Shown here piece by piece: positions 12,168-25,200 of a stretch of DNA of 64,000 bases. Position 1 is the stretch's first letter. Each line of letters opens with the position of its first letter. The stretch lies in the NCBI GenBank assembly GCA_032718475.1, contig JAUCBJ010009109.1:64000-127999 (forward strand), given 5' to 3'. Position numbers and translations under genes: made by a program. The stretch comes from Nemertoderma westbladi. Its lineage: Eukaryota; Animalia; Xenacoelomorpha. Below the pieces are notes generated by a model. The model searched no databases. It worked only from the letters and a program-made list of their open reading frames with translations, and had not been told where the DNA came from.

Positions 12168-13429
12168 CATATCAGACTCATTTAGAGATCTATCGACCCT
12201 AGACGTATAACCCATATCAGGCTCCCCTTGAGGGATCTATCGACCCTAGACGTATAACCCATATCAGACTCCCCTTGAGGGATCTATCGACCCTAGACGT
12301 ATAACCCATATCAGACTCCCCTTGAGGGATCTATCAACCCTAGACGTATAACCCATATCAGGCTCCCCTTGAGGAATCTATCGACCCTAGACGTATAACC
12401 CATATCCGGCTCTCCTTGAGGGATCTATCGACCCTAGACGTATAACCCATATCAGACTCATTTAGAGATCTATCGACCCTAGACGTATAACCCATATCAG
12501 ACTCCCCTTGAGGGATCTATCGACCCTAGACGTATAACCCATATCAGACTCCCTTGAGGGATCTATCGACCCTAGACGTATAACCCATATCAGACTCCCC
12601 TTGAGGGATCTATCGACCCTAGACGTATAACCCATATCAGACTCCCCTTGAGGGATCTATCGACCCTAGACGTATAACCCATATCAGACTCCCCTTGAGG
12701 GATCTATCGACCCTAGACGTATAACCCATATCAGACTCCCCTTGAGGGATCTATCGACCCTAGACGTATAACCCATATCAGACTCCATTGAGGGATCTAT
12801 CGACCCTAGACGTATAACCCATATCAGGGTCACCTTGAGGGATCTATCGACCCTAGACGTATAACCCATATCAGACTCCCCTTGAGGGATCTATCGACCC
12901 TAGACGTATAACCCATATCAGACTCCATTGAGGGATCTATCGACCCTAGACGTATAACCAATATCAGGGTCACCTTGAGGGATCTATCGACCCTAGACGT
13001 ATAACCCATATCAGGATCCCCTTGAGGGATCTATCAACCCTAGACGTATAACCCATATCAGGCTCCCCTTGAGGGATCTATCGACCCTAGACGTATAACC
13101 CATATCAGGCTCCCCTTGAGGGATCTATCGACCCTAGACGTATAACCCATATCAGACTCCCTTGAGGGATCTATCGACCCTAGACGTATAACCCATATCA
13201 GACTCCCCTTGAGGGATCTATCGACCCTAGACGTATAACCCATATCAGACTCCCCTTGAGGGATCTATCGACCCTAGACGTATAACCCATATCAGACTCC
13301 CCTTGAGGGATCTATCGACCCTAGACGTATAACCCATATCAGACTCCCCTTGAGGGATCTATCGACCCTAGACGTATAACCCATATCAGACTCTCCTTAA
13401 GGGATCTATCGACCCTAGACGTATAACCC
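12168..13429. repeat. 47-bp minisatellite (~27 copies)
   Basis: Unit CATATCAGACTCCCCTTGAGGGATCTATCGACCCTAGACGTATAACC, period 47. Confidence 0.97.
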
Positions 13430-14105
13430 TTAACAGTCTCTTGTGTGACACTCTTAGCCTCACCCAGCTGACTGACAAACAAAGAAACACGTTCGTGGGG
13501 CCTTCGCGCAGCACGAGCGCCTATATTAGGAAGTAATGTCTCTATTAGATATACAAAACCGTCTTTCCCCAAATATATGAGTGAGGGCGATGCTATCAGT
13601 TTGTGATAAACTAGTTGTAAAAATATAGGTCCATTTCAGTTTGCCTTTACACACTTTAACTGTCATTTGTAAACCTACTAACTAGGGCTATTTAAGTTAA
13701 GTATGACATTTTTAGTTTTACAATACTCTTCTCCTTCATTAGCCTCGTTGCGCTCGTCCTGTTTTGTCTTAAAATAATTCTGCTAAACGGAGACTAACGA
13801 CCTTTATAACAATGCCTCGAAACTTTCTCGAAACTGAGAGTAACTGCTGACTTACGGCAGATGGATACTCGTATCCACTGTAAACTCGTTGCGCTCGTTC
13901 GATTTTTTTTTTACCAAACTTCCGATTCTTTCTAAACCTTTTCCGAACTTCATACGTACCAAGTTTCGTTTAATTTCATCAAGGAATGACAGAGTTATTA
14001 GCGTTCAGAAATTTACGACGACGACAGACGACGATGACGACAGACAACTCGTTAATGGCACCCATATGCTAAGGCTTCACTCACTTCGTGGCTCGCCCCA
14101 CAATT
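13430..14105. mobile_element. Possible Helitron/Helentron-type non-autonomous remnants
   Basis: GACA/GACG-like microsatellites followed by GC-rich hairpin-like ends at ~13490-13520 and ~14075-14100. The motif GTGGGGCCTTCGCGCAGCAC recurs inverted at ~35049. Confidence 0.3.
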
Positions 14106-14755
14106 GAATAAGGGGAAGTACCCTGAATCGAGTGGTGGGGCGTGTTATTTATACAGTATGCAAAAACAATAACAATACAGACGCGTAATAATAAACCCGA
14201 GCACCATAGTATTTACAATACTTATTGTCTGTTTAGTACTGGGTGGTGAGGTCTTAACCCCGTAGACCGGTTCCGTCACCGAACCCCAGACCACGCCAAG
14301 AACAATTACAAACACACCAAACAATGTATAGGTATTACATATTCGTGTGCGGGATATCCTTATTGATATTAAACTTTAATAAACAACAGAACATGTCGCT
14401 TTATAGTTGTTTTGGATTGCCATAAATTTTATTACTTATCAAGTTACCAATGGGGGAATATATTGAAAATTAGTCATCGAAAACCGAACGAAATTAAATC
14501 ATGCTGCAGTAAGATGATGTGGAACGGTCTGTATTAGTAAACTCCATGCATCTTAGCCGTGTGTTACGTATTAATTAATGGAGATTATATTAATTTAACA
14601 TGACCGAGCTAGTTATAAAAACAAAATTATTCTCGACAGCACTTTTTCATATTATTTCCTTAAAACTCGACCATGCCATTCAATAACCTTTAAACTTTAT
14701 TTTACTCCATCGAGAGAGGCTGCGCGCTACAATTATTGTGTTTAAGATAATCCGA

Positions 14756-15549
14756 GAAAAGTAGTGGTCAAACAGAGAAGCTAAATGGTGGAAAAAAGTA
14801 GTGATCAAACAGAGAAGCTAAATGGTGGAAAAAAGCAGTGGTCAAACAGAGAAGCTAAATGGTGGAAAAAAGTAGTGGTCAAACAGAGAAGCTAAATGGT
14901 GGAAAAAAGTTGTGATCAAACAGAGAAGCTAAATGGTGGAAAAAAGTAGTGGTCAAACAGAGAAGCTAAATGGTGGAAAAAAGAAGTGGTCAAACAGATA
15001 AGCTAAATGGTGGAAAAAAGTTGTGGTCAAACAGAGAAGCTAAATGGTGGAAAAAAGTAGTGGTCAAACAGAGAAGCTAAATGGTGGAAAAAAGTAGTGG
15101 TCAAACAGAGAAGCTAAATGGTGGAAAAAAGTAGTGGTCAAACAGAGAAGCTAAATGGTGGAAAAAAGTTGTGATCAAACAGAGAAGCTAAATGGTGGAA
15201 AAAAGTAGTGGTCAAACAGAGAAGCTAAATGGTGGAAAAAACTAGTGGTCAAACAGAGAAGCTAAATGGTGGAAAAAAGTTGTGATCAAACAGAGAAGCT
15301 AAATGGTGGAAAAAAGTAGTGGTCAAACAGAGAAGCTAAATGGTGGAAAAAAGTAGTGGTCAAACAGAGAAGCTAAATGGTGGAAAAAAGTTGCGATCAA
15401 ACAGAGAAGCTAAATGGTGGAAAAAAGTAGTGGTCAAACAGAGAAGCTAAATGGTGGAAAAAAGTAGTGGTCAAACAGAGAAGCTAAATGGTGGAAAAAA
15501 GTAGTGGTCAAACAGAGAAGCTAAATGGTGGAAAAAAGTTGTGATCAAA
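14756..15549. repeat. 37-bp minisatellite (~21 copies)
   Basis: Unit AAAAAAGTAGTGGTCAAACAGAGAAGCTAAATGGTGG. Confidence 0.96.
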
Positions 15550-15813
15550 TACTGTACAGGGGGTAAACTGGGTGGAAAAAGTAATGAAATACGACGGATT
15601 ATCCTTAACTGACGGGGATGAGAACTTCTTACACGGAAAATCAATTAATAACTGTTTGTAATGTAGCCTGTAATCCTACCGTGTGCTTCTCAACCACAAG
15701 GATGTTACTTTATTCCTAATCGGTTGTACCTAAATGTAATGGTGTATTTTATTTCAAATTATATATAAAAAAATTTATTTATACTTAATGAAAAAATATG
15801 AATCAATAAATAC

Positions 15814-16374
15814 CTTTCCGCAACTCCTTTGTGTTGTTTGTAATAACTCGGAAGGGAGAAGATCCTGGCGTGTGATTGGTTGTTAGAGAGGATCCTGGCG
15901 TGTGATTGGTGGTTACATCCACGCTGTTATCGGTTGAGGGGGAGGGGAGCTCGCTATTGGCTACCCCCCGCTGCACCAACACGCGGACCTCCCGTCCCAC
16001 CGGGGCCAGTCTCAGGGTCTCCACCAGCTCGGCATGGCTGCACCGGTCCACCGGTCGGTCCTCCACCTCGACGAACAGGTCGCCCTCTCGCAGCATCCCG
16101 TACCGACTGGGGTCTATCACCGTGCCGACCCGCTGGCCCGTCGATGAGTCCAGCACCGTGAACCCGAACCCCTCGGAGGTCTTGGGCACCCGTAGCGACA
16201 GGGTCTCCACGCGGGTGGGGGTCGCCAGCTCGGGTTGCTCGGGGGGCAGTTGGTATCCGTGGCACAGCTGCAGACTGACTCGCTCACCGGGTTGGATGGA
16301 CTGCAGCAGCCGGATCACGTCTTTGTGGGACATTCCCAGGACACACTGTTCGTTAATATAAACCAAAACGTCGC
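15814..16374 (-). CDS. MAGI: MAGI-family exon: C-terminal half of PDZ1 and PDZ2
   Basis: TTCTAG|GC GAC GTT.. gives GDVLVYINEQCVLGMSHKDVIRLLQSI..GYQLP..EGFGFTV..LREGDLFVEV. 561 nt, phase 1-1, donor AAG|GTATTT. GC-rich relative to the introns. Confidence 0.9.
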
Positions 16375-16977
16375 CTAGAATGGTTAATTAATAGAATAGA
16401 GTAATAGAGACCAACATGGAGATAGCAAATTTTTATTCAATGGGGAATTATTACAATTTACACGTAAATTGTTAAAATCTCGGACGCATCCAATTTTAAA
16501 ATATATCAAAAATGTGACGATATAAAATTATACAATTCCACTGATGGAAAATTCATAATTTCTATTAATGTTAGCGAAGATTTTTCACATAATTAAATTG
16601 TGATTGCTCTATTGTTTTTAGTTGAAATTTATTTTTTGTTTTAGTTTAAAAACCACAATAGTTAGTTAATAATATAACAAATACATTTTTTGTGGATAAG
16701 AGTTTTTGAGGTCGATAAATCCGATGGGCGATGTTACTACATCCACCCGTTTTGTTGAGAAGTTGCGTAACTAAACTCCCTAAACCAGTAAAATTAGTAT
16801 TAAAAATGGTTAAATGAGTAGACAAATCAACCCCCGGTGACGCGCTTTCTCATTTTTACCACTTCTGAACAAAACCAAAATATTACACGTTTAAATGAGT
16901 AGACAAATTTCCGTAGCCCTGGAAACCAAATGGTAATTATTTAGAAGTGGATAGTTTAGTCAATCGATAGAAAGTGG

Positions 16978-17325
16978 CGCAAATTTTGTTCCATTGGTAG
17001 CGAACATTGTTCCATTGGTAGCGAACATTGTTCCATTGGTAGCGAACTTTGTTCCATTGGTAGCGAACATTGTTCCATTGGTAGCGAACTTTGTTCCATT
17101 GGTAGCGAACTTTGTTCCATTGGTAGCGAACATTGTTTCATTGGTAGCGAACTTTGTTCCATTGGTAGCGAACATTGTTCCATTGGTAGCGAACTTTGTT
17201 CCATTGGTAGCGAACTTTGTTCCATTGGTAGCGAACATTGTTTCATTGGTAGCGAACTTTGTTCCATTGGTAGCGAACTTTGTTCCATTGGTAGCGAACT
17301 TTGTTCCTCTAGTTGCGAATTATGT
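16978..17325. repeat. 21-bp minisatellite, variant A (~16 copies)
   Basis: Unit TGTTCCATTGGTAGCGAACTT. Confidence 0.95.
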
Positions 17326-17354
17326 TCCTATGTAATTTTTAAAGGATAATTAAT

Positions 17355-18790
17355 TATGTTCCGATGACTGCGAACCTTGTTCCTTTCATAGCGAACTTTG
17401 TTCCTATTATTGCGAACATTGTTCCTATTATTGCGAACTTTGTTCCTATTATTGCGAACTTTGTTCCTATCATAACGAACTTTGTTCCTATCATAGCGAA
17501 CTTTGTTCCTATTATTGCGAACATTGTTCCTATTATTGCGAACTTTGTTCCTATTATTGCGAACTTTGTTCCTATTATTGCGAACTTTGTTCCTATTATT
17601 GCGAACTTTGTTCCTATTATTGCGAACTTTGTTCCTATCATAACGAACTTTGTTCCTATTATTGCGAACTTTGTTCCTATTATTGCGAACTTTGTTCCTA
17701 TTATTGCGAACTTTGTTCCTATTATTGCGAACTTTGTTCCTATTATTGCGAACTTTGTTCATATCATAGCGAACTTTGTTCCTATTATTGCGAACTTTGT
17801 TCCTATTATTGCGAACTTTGTTCCTATTATTGCGAACTTTGTTCCTATTATTGCGAACTTTGTTCCTATTATTGCGAACTTTGTTCCTATTATTGCGAAC
17901 TTTGTTCCTATTATTGCGAACTTTGTTCCTATTATTGCGAACTTTGTTCCTATTATTGCGAACTTTGTTCCTATCATAACGAACTTTGTTCCTATCATAG
18001 CGAACTTTGTTCCTATTATTGCGAACATTGTTCCTATTATTGCGAACTTTGTTCCTATTATTGCGAACTTTGTTCCTATCATAACGAACTTTGTTCCTAT
18101 TATTGCGAACTTTGTTCCTATTATTGCGAACTTTGTTCCTATTATTGCGAACTTTGTTCCTATTATTGCGAACTTTGTTCCTATTATTGCGAACTTTGTT
18201 CATATCATAGCGAACTTTGTTCCTATTATTGCGAACTTTGTTCCTATTATTGCGAACTTTGTTCCTATTATTGCGAACTTTGTTCCTATCATAACGAACT
18301 TTGTTCCTATCATAGCGAACTTTGTTCCTATTATTGCGAACATTGTTCCTATTATTGCGAACTTTGTTCCTATTATTGCGAACTTTGTTCCTATCATAAC
18401 GAACTTTGTTCCTATTATTGCGAACTTTGTTCCTATTATTGCGAACTTTGTTCCTATTATTGCGAACTTTGTTCCTATTATTGCGACTTTGTTCCTATTG
18501 TTGCGAACTTTGTTCATATCATAGCGAACTTTGTTCCTATTATTGCGAACTTTGTTCCTATTATTGCGAACTTTGTTCCTATTATTGCGAACTTTGTTCC
18601 TATTATTGCGAACTTTGTTCCTATTATTGCGAACTTTGTTCCTATTATTGCGAACTTTGTTCCTATTATTGCGAACTTTGTTCCTATTGTTGCGAACTTT
18701 GTTCCTATTATTGCGAACTTTGTTCCTATTATTGCGAACTTTGTTCCTATTATTGCGAACTTTGTTCCTATTATTGCGAACTTTGTTCCA
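17355..18790. repeat. 21-bp minisatellite, variant B (~68 copies)
   Basis: Unit TGTTCCTATTATTGCGAACTT, sharing the core GCGAACTTTGTTCC with variant A. Confidence 0.95.
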
Positions 18791-19115
18791 ATCTATGTAA
18801 ATTACATATGCCTACAAATATTCTTACGAAAGGCCTACTCATAAAGAAGAGGAGCTGAGTAATACTGTATGTGAATACTCGCGGGCTAAGATAATTTCTT
18901 AGGCCGGTTAGCCAATTTGACTGGGTAAAATTTATAATAATAACGATTCTCCAATAAGTAAGTAAAAATATATTAAATCTAATACTACTGTGCTAATCCA
19001 TTGTCTGACTGAGGTTTTATATTCTCATGAGATCGTGTAAACCTAAACAGTCGTGTGCTAGCTACTCAAGGAATCGTGGGGAATTATACGGCTTGAAAGT
19101 TAATTTCAGCAATCT

Positions 19116-19215
19116 NNNNNNNNNNNNNNNNNNNNNNNNNNNNNNNNNNNNNNNNNNNNNNNNNNNNNNNNNNNNNNNNNNNNNNNNNNNNNNNNNNNNN
19201 NNNNNNNNNNNNNNN
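19116..19215. other. Assembly gap (100 N)
   Basis: Run of 100 N, typical of a scaffold join of unknown size. Confidence 0.99.
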
Positions 19216-22200
19216 TTGTAATCCATCTACCGTAGGTCGAGCTAGTGTAGCTGTATGCGTGTTGTAATCCATCTACCGTAGGTCGAGCTAGTGTAGCTGT
19301 ATGCGTGTTGTAATCCATCTACCGTAGGTCGAGCTAGTGTAGCTGTATGCGTGTTGTAATCCATCTACCGTAGGTCGAGCTAGTGTAGCTGTATGCGTGT
19401 TGTAATCCATCTACCGTAGGTCGAGCTAGTGTAGCTGTATGCGTGTTGTAATCCATCTACCGTAGGTCGAGCTAGTGTAGCTGTATGCGTGTTGTAATCC
19501 ATCTACCGTAGGTCGAGCTAGTGTAGCTGTATGCGTGTTGTAATCCATCTACCGTAGGTCGAGCTAGTGTAGCTGTATGCGTGTTGTAATCCATCTACCG
19601 TAGGTCGAGCTAGTGTAGCTGTATGCGTGTTGTAATCCATCTACCGTAGGTCGAGCTAGTGTAGCTGTATGCGTGTTGTAATCCATCTACCGTAGGTCGA
19701 GCTAGTGTAGCTGTATGCGTGTTGTAATCCATCTACCGTAGGTCGAGCTAGTGTAGCTGTATGCGTGTTGTAATCCATCTACCGTAGGTCGAGCTAGTGT
19801 AGCTGTATGCGTGTTGTAATCCATCTACCGTAGGTCGAGCTAGTGTAGCTGTATGCGTGTTGTAATCCATCTACCGTAGGTCGAGCTAGTGTAGCTGTAT
19901 GCGTGTTGTAATCCATCTACCGTAGGTCGAGCTAGTGTAGCTGTATGCGTGTTGTAATCCATCTACCGTAGGTCGAGCTAGTGTAGCTGTATGCGTGTTG
20001 TAATCCATCTACCGTAGGTCGAGCTAGTGTAGCTGTATGCGTGTTGTAATCCATCTACCGTAGGTCGAGCTAGTGTAGCTGTATGCGTGTTGTAATCCAT
20101 CTACCGTAGGTCGAGCTAGTGTAGCTGTATGCGTGTTGTAATCCATCTACCGTAGGTCGAGCTAGTGTAGCTGTATGCGTGTTGTAATCCATCTACCGTA
20201 GGTCGAGCTAGTGTAGCTGTATGCGTGTTGTAATCCATCTACCGTAGGTCGAGCTAGTGTAGCTGTATGCGTGTTGTAATCCATCTACCGTAGGTCGAGC
20301 TAGTGTAGCTGTATGCGTGTTGTAATCCATCTACCGTAGGTCGAGCTAGTGTAGCTGTATGCGTGTTGTAATCCATCTACCGTAGGTCGAGCTAGTGTAG
20401 CTGTATGCGTGTTGTAATCCATCTACCGTAGGTCGAGCTAGTGTAGCTGTATGCGTGTTGTAATCCATCTACCGTAGGTCGAGCTAGTGTAGCTGTATGC
20501 GTGTTGTAATCCATCTACCGTAGGTCGAGCTAGTGTAGCTGTATGCGTGTTGTAATCCATCTACCGTAGGTCGAGCTAGTGTAGCTGTATGCGTGTTGTA
20601 ATCCATCTACCGTAGGTCGAGCTAGTGTAGCTGTATGCGTGTTGTAATCCATCTACCGTAGGTCGAGCTAGTGTAGCTGTATGCGTGTTGTAATCCATCT
20701 ACCGTAGGTCGAGCTAGTGTAGCTGTATGCGTGTTGTAATCCATCTACCGTAGGTCGAGCTAGTGTAGCTGTATGCGTGTTGTAATCCATCTACCGTAGG
20801 TCGAGCTAGTGTAGCTGTATGCGTGTTGTAATCCATCTACCGTAGGTCGAGCTAGTGTAGCTGTATGCGTGTTGTAATCCATCTACCGTAGGTCGAGCTA
20901 GTGTAGCTGTATGCGTGTTGTAATCCATCTACCGTAGGTCGAGCTAGTGTAGCTGTATGCGTGTTGTAATCCATCTACCGTAGGTCGAGCTAGTGTAGCT
21001 GTATGCGTGTTGTAATCCATCTACCGTAGGTCGAGCTAGTGTAGCTGTATGCGTGTTGTAATCCATCTACCGTAGGTCGAGCTAGTGTAGCTGTATGCGT
21101 GTTGTAATCCATCTACCGTAGGTCGAGCTAGTGTAGCTGTATGCGTGTTGTAATCCATCTACCGTAGGTCGAGCTAGTGTAGCTGTATGCGTGTTGTAAT
21201 CCATCTACCGTAGGTCGAGCTAGTGTAGCTGTATGCGTGTTGTAATCCATCTACCGTAGGTCGAGCTAGTGTAGCTGTATGCGTGTTGTAATCCATCTAC
21301 CGTAGGTCGAGCTAGTGTAGCTGTATGCGTGTTGTAATCCATCTACCGTAGGTCGAGCTAGTGTAGCTGTATGCGTGTTGTAATCCATCTACCGTAGGTC
21401 GAGCTAGTGTAGCTGTATGCGTGTTGTAATCCATCTACCGTAGGTCGAGCTAGTGTAGCTGTATGCGTGTTGTAATCCATCTACCGTAGGTCGAGCTAGT
21501 GTAGCTGTATGCGTGTTGTAATCCATCTACCGTAGGTCGAGCTAGTGTAGCTGTATGCGTGTTGTAATCCATCTACCGTAGGTCGAGCTAGTGTAGCTGT
21601 ATGCGTGTTGTAATCCATCTACCGTAGGTCGAGCTAGTGTAGCTGTATGCGTGTTGTAATCCATCTACCGTAGGTCGAGCTAGTGTAGCTGTATGCGTGT
21701 TGTAATCCATCTACCGTAGGTCGAGCTAGTGTAGCTGTATGCGTGTTGTAATCCATCTACCGTAGGTCGAGCTAGTGTAGCTGTATGCGTGTTGTAATCC
21801 ATCTACCGTAGGTCGAGCTAGTGTAGCTGTATGCGTGTTGTAATCCATCTACCGTAGGTCGAGCTAGTGTAGCTGTATGCGTGTTGTAATCCATCTACCG
21901 TAGGTCGAGCTAGTGTAGCTGTATGCGTGTTGTAATCCATCTACCGTAGGTCGAGCTAGTGTAGCTGTATGCGTGTTGTAATCCATCTACCGTAGGTCGA
22001 GCTAGTGTAGCTGTATGCGTGTTGTAATCCATCTACCGTAGGTCGAGCTAGTGTAGCTGTATGCGTGTTGTAATCCATCTACCGTAGGTCGAGCTAGTGT
22101 AGCTGTATGCGTGTTGTAATCCATCTACCGTAGGTCGAGCTAGTGTAGCTGTATGCGTGTTGTAATCCATCTACCGTAGGTCGAGCTAGTGTAGCTGTAT

Positions 22201-25200
22201 GCGTGTTGTAATCCATCTACCGTAGGTCGAGCTAGTGTAGCTGTATGCGTGTTGTAATCCATCTACCGTAGGTCGAGCTAGTGTAGCTGTATGCGTGTTG
22301 TAATCCATCTACCGTAGGTCGAGCTAGTGTAGCTGTATGCGTGTTGTAATCCATCTACCGTAGGTCGAGCTAGTGTAGCTGTATGCGTGTTGTAATCCAT
22401 CTACCGTAGGTCGAGCTAGTGTAGCTGTATGCGTGTTGTAATCCATCTACCGTAGGTCGAGCTAGTGTAGCTGTATGCGTGTTGTAATCCATCTACCGTA
22501 GGTCGAGCTAGTGTAGCTGTATGCGTGTTGTAATCCATCTACCGTAGGTCGAGCTAGTGTAGCTGTATGCGTGTTGTAATCCATCTACCGTAGGTCGAGC
22601 TAGTGTAGCTGTATGCGTGTTGTAATCCATCTACCGTAGGTCGAGCTAGTGTAGCTGTATGCGTGTTGTAATCCATCTACCGTAGGTCGAGCTAGTGTAG
22701 CTGTATGCGTGTTGTAATCCATCTACCGTAGGTCGAGCTAGTGTAGCTGTATGCGTGTTGTAATCCATCTACCGTAGGTCGAGCTAGTGTAGCTGTATGC
22801 GTGTTGTAATCCATCTACCGTAGGTCGAGCTAGTGTAGCTGTATGCGTGTTGTAATCCATCTACCGTAGGTCGAGCTAGTGTAGCTGTATGCGTGTTGTA
22901 ATCCATCTACCGTAGGTCGAGCTAGTGTAGCTGTATGCGTGTTGTAATCCATCTACCGTAGGTCGAGCTAGTGTAGCTGTATGCGTGTTGTAATCCATCT
23001 ACCGTAGGTCGAGCTAGTGTAGCTGTATGCGTGTTGTAATCCATCTACCGTAGGTCGAGCTAGTGTAGCTGTATGCGTGTTGTAATCCATCTACCGTAGG
23101 TCGAGCTAGTGTAGCTGTATGCGTGTTGTAATCCATCTACCGTAGGTCGAGCTAGTGTAGCTGTATGCGTGTTGTAATCCATCTACCGTAGGTCGAGCTA
23201 GTGTAGCTGTATGCGTGTTGTAATCCATCTACCGTAGGTCGAGCTAGTGTAGCTGTATGCGTGTTGTAATCCATCTACCGTAGGTCGAGCTAGTGTAGCT
23301 GTATGCGTGTTGTAATCCATCTACCGTAGGTCGAGCTAGTGTAGCTGTATGCGTGTTGTAATCCATCTACCGTAGGTCGAGCTAGTGTAGCTGTATGCGT
23401 GTTGTAATCCATCTACCGTAGGTCGAGCTAGTGTAGCTGTATGCGTGTTGTAATCCATCTACCGTAGGTCGAGCTAGTGTAGCTGTATGCGTGTTGTAAT
23501 CCATCTACCGTAGGTCGAGCTAGTGTAGCTGTATGCGTGTTGTAATCCATCTACCGTAGGTCGAGCTAGTGTAGCTGTATGCGTGTTGTAATCCATCTAC
23601 CGTAGGTCGAGCTAGTGTAGCTGTATGCGTGTTGTAATCCATCTACCGTAGGTCGAGCTAGTGTAGCTGTATGCGTGTTGTAATCCATCTACCGTAGGTC
23701 GAGCTAGTGTAGCTGTATGCGTGTTGTAATCCATCTACCGTAGGTCGAGCTAGTGTAGCTGTATGCGTGTTGTAATCCATCTACCGTAGGTCGAGCTAGT
23801 GTAGCTGTATGCGTGTTGTAATCCATCTACCGTAGGTCGAGCTAGTGTAGCTGTATGCGTGTTGTAATCCATCTACCGTAGGTCGAGCTAGTGTAGCTGT
23901 ATGCGTGTTGTAATCCATCTACCGTAGGTCGAGCTAGTGTAGCTGTATGCGTGTTGTAATCCATCTACCGTAGGTCGAGCTAGTGTAGCTGTATGCGTGT
24001 TGTAATCCATCTACCGTAGGTCGAGCTAGTGTAGCTGTATGCGTGTTGTAATCCATCTACCGTAGGTCGAGCTAGTGTAGCTGTATGCGTGTTGTAATCC
24101 ATCTACCGTAGGTCGAGCTAGTGTAGCTGTATGCGTGTTGTAATCCATCTACCGTAGGTCGAGCTAGTGTAGCTGTATGCGTGTTGTAATCCATCTACCG
24201 TAGGTCGAGCTAGTGTAGCTGTATGCGTGTTGTAATCCATCTACCGTAGGTCGAGCTAGTGTAGCTGTATGCGTGTTGTAATCCATCTACCGTAGGTCGA
24301 GCTAGTGTAGCTGTATGCGTGTTGTAATCCATCTACCGTAGGTCGAGCTAGTGTAGCTGTATGCGTGTTGTAATCCATCTACCGTAGGTCGAGCTAGTGT
24401 AGCTGTATGCGTGTTGTAATCCATCTACCGTAGGTCGAGCTAGTGTAGCTGTATGCGTGTTGTAATCCATCTACCGTAGGTCGAGCTAGTGTAGCTGTAT
24501 GCGTGTTGTAATCCATCTACCGTAGGTCGAGCTAGTGTAGCTGTATGCGTGTTGTAATCCATCTACCGTAGGTCGAGCTAGTGTAGCTGTATGCGTGTTG
24601 TAATCCATCTACCGTAGGTCGAGCTAGTGTAGCTGTATGCGTGTTGTAATCCATCTACCGTAGGTCGAGCTAGTGTAGCTGTATGCGTGTTGTAATCCAT
24701 CTACCGTAGGTCGAGCTAGTGTAGCTGTATGCGTGTTGTAATCCATCTACCGTAGGTCGAGCTAGTGTAGCTGTATGCGTGTTGTAATCCATCTACCGTA
24801 GGTCGAGCTAGTGTAGCTGTATGCGTGTTGTAATCCATCTACCGTAGGTCGAGCTAGTGTAGCTGTATGCGTGTTGTAATCCATCTACCGTAGGTCGAGC
24901 TAGTGTAGCTGTATGCGTGTTGTAATCCATCTACCGTAGGTCGAGCTAGTGTAGCTGTATGCGTGTTGTAATCCATCTACCGTAGGTCGAGCTAGTGTAG
25001 CTGTATGCGTGTTGTAATCCATCTACCGTAGGTCGAGCTAGTGTAGCTGTATGCGTGTTGTAATCCATCTACCGTAGGTCGAGCTAGTGTAGTCTGTATG
25101 CGTGTTGTAATCCATCTACCGTAGGTCGAGCTAGTGTAGCTGTATGCGTGTTGTAATCCATCTACCGTAGGTCGAGCTAGTGTAGCTGTATGCGTGTTGT

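Noticed and set aside
16956-18858. Heptad-repeat ORFs
   Set aside because: Translations of the 21-bp arrays, with no splice or homology support.
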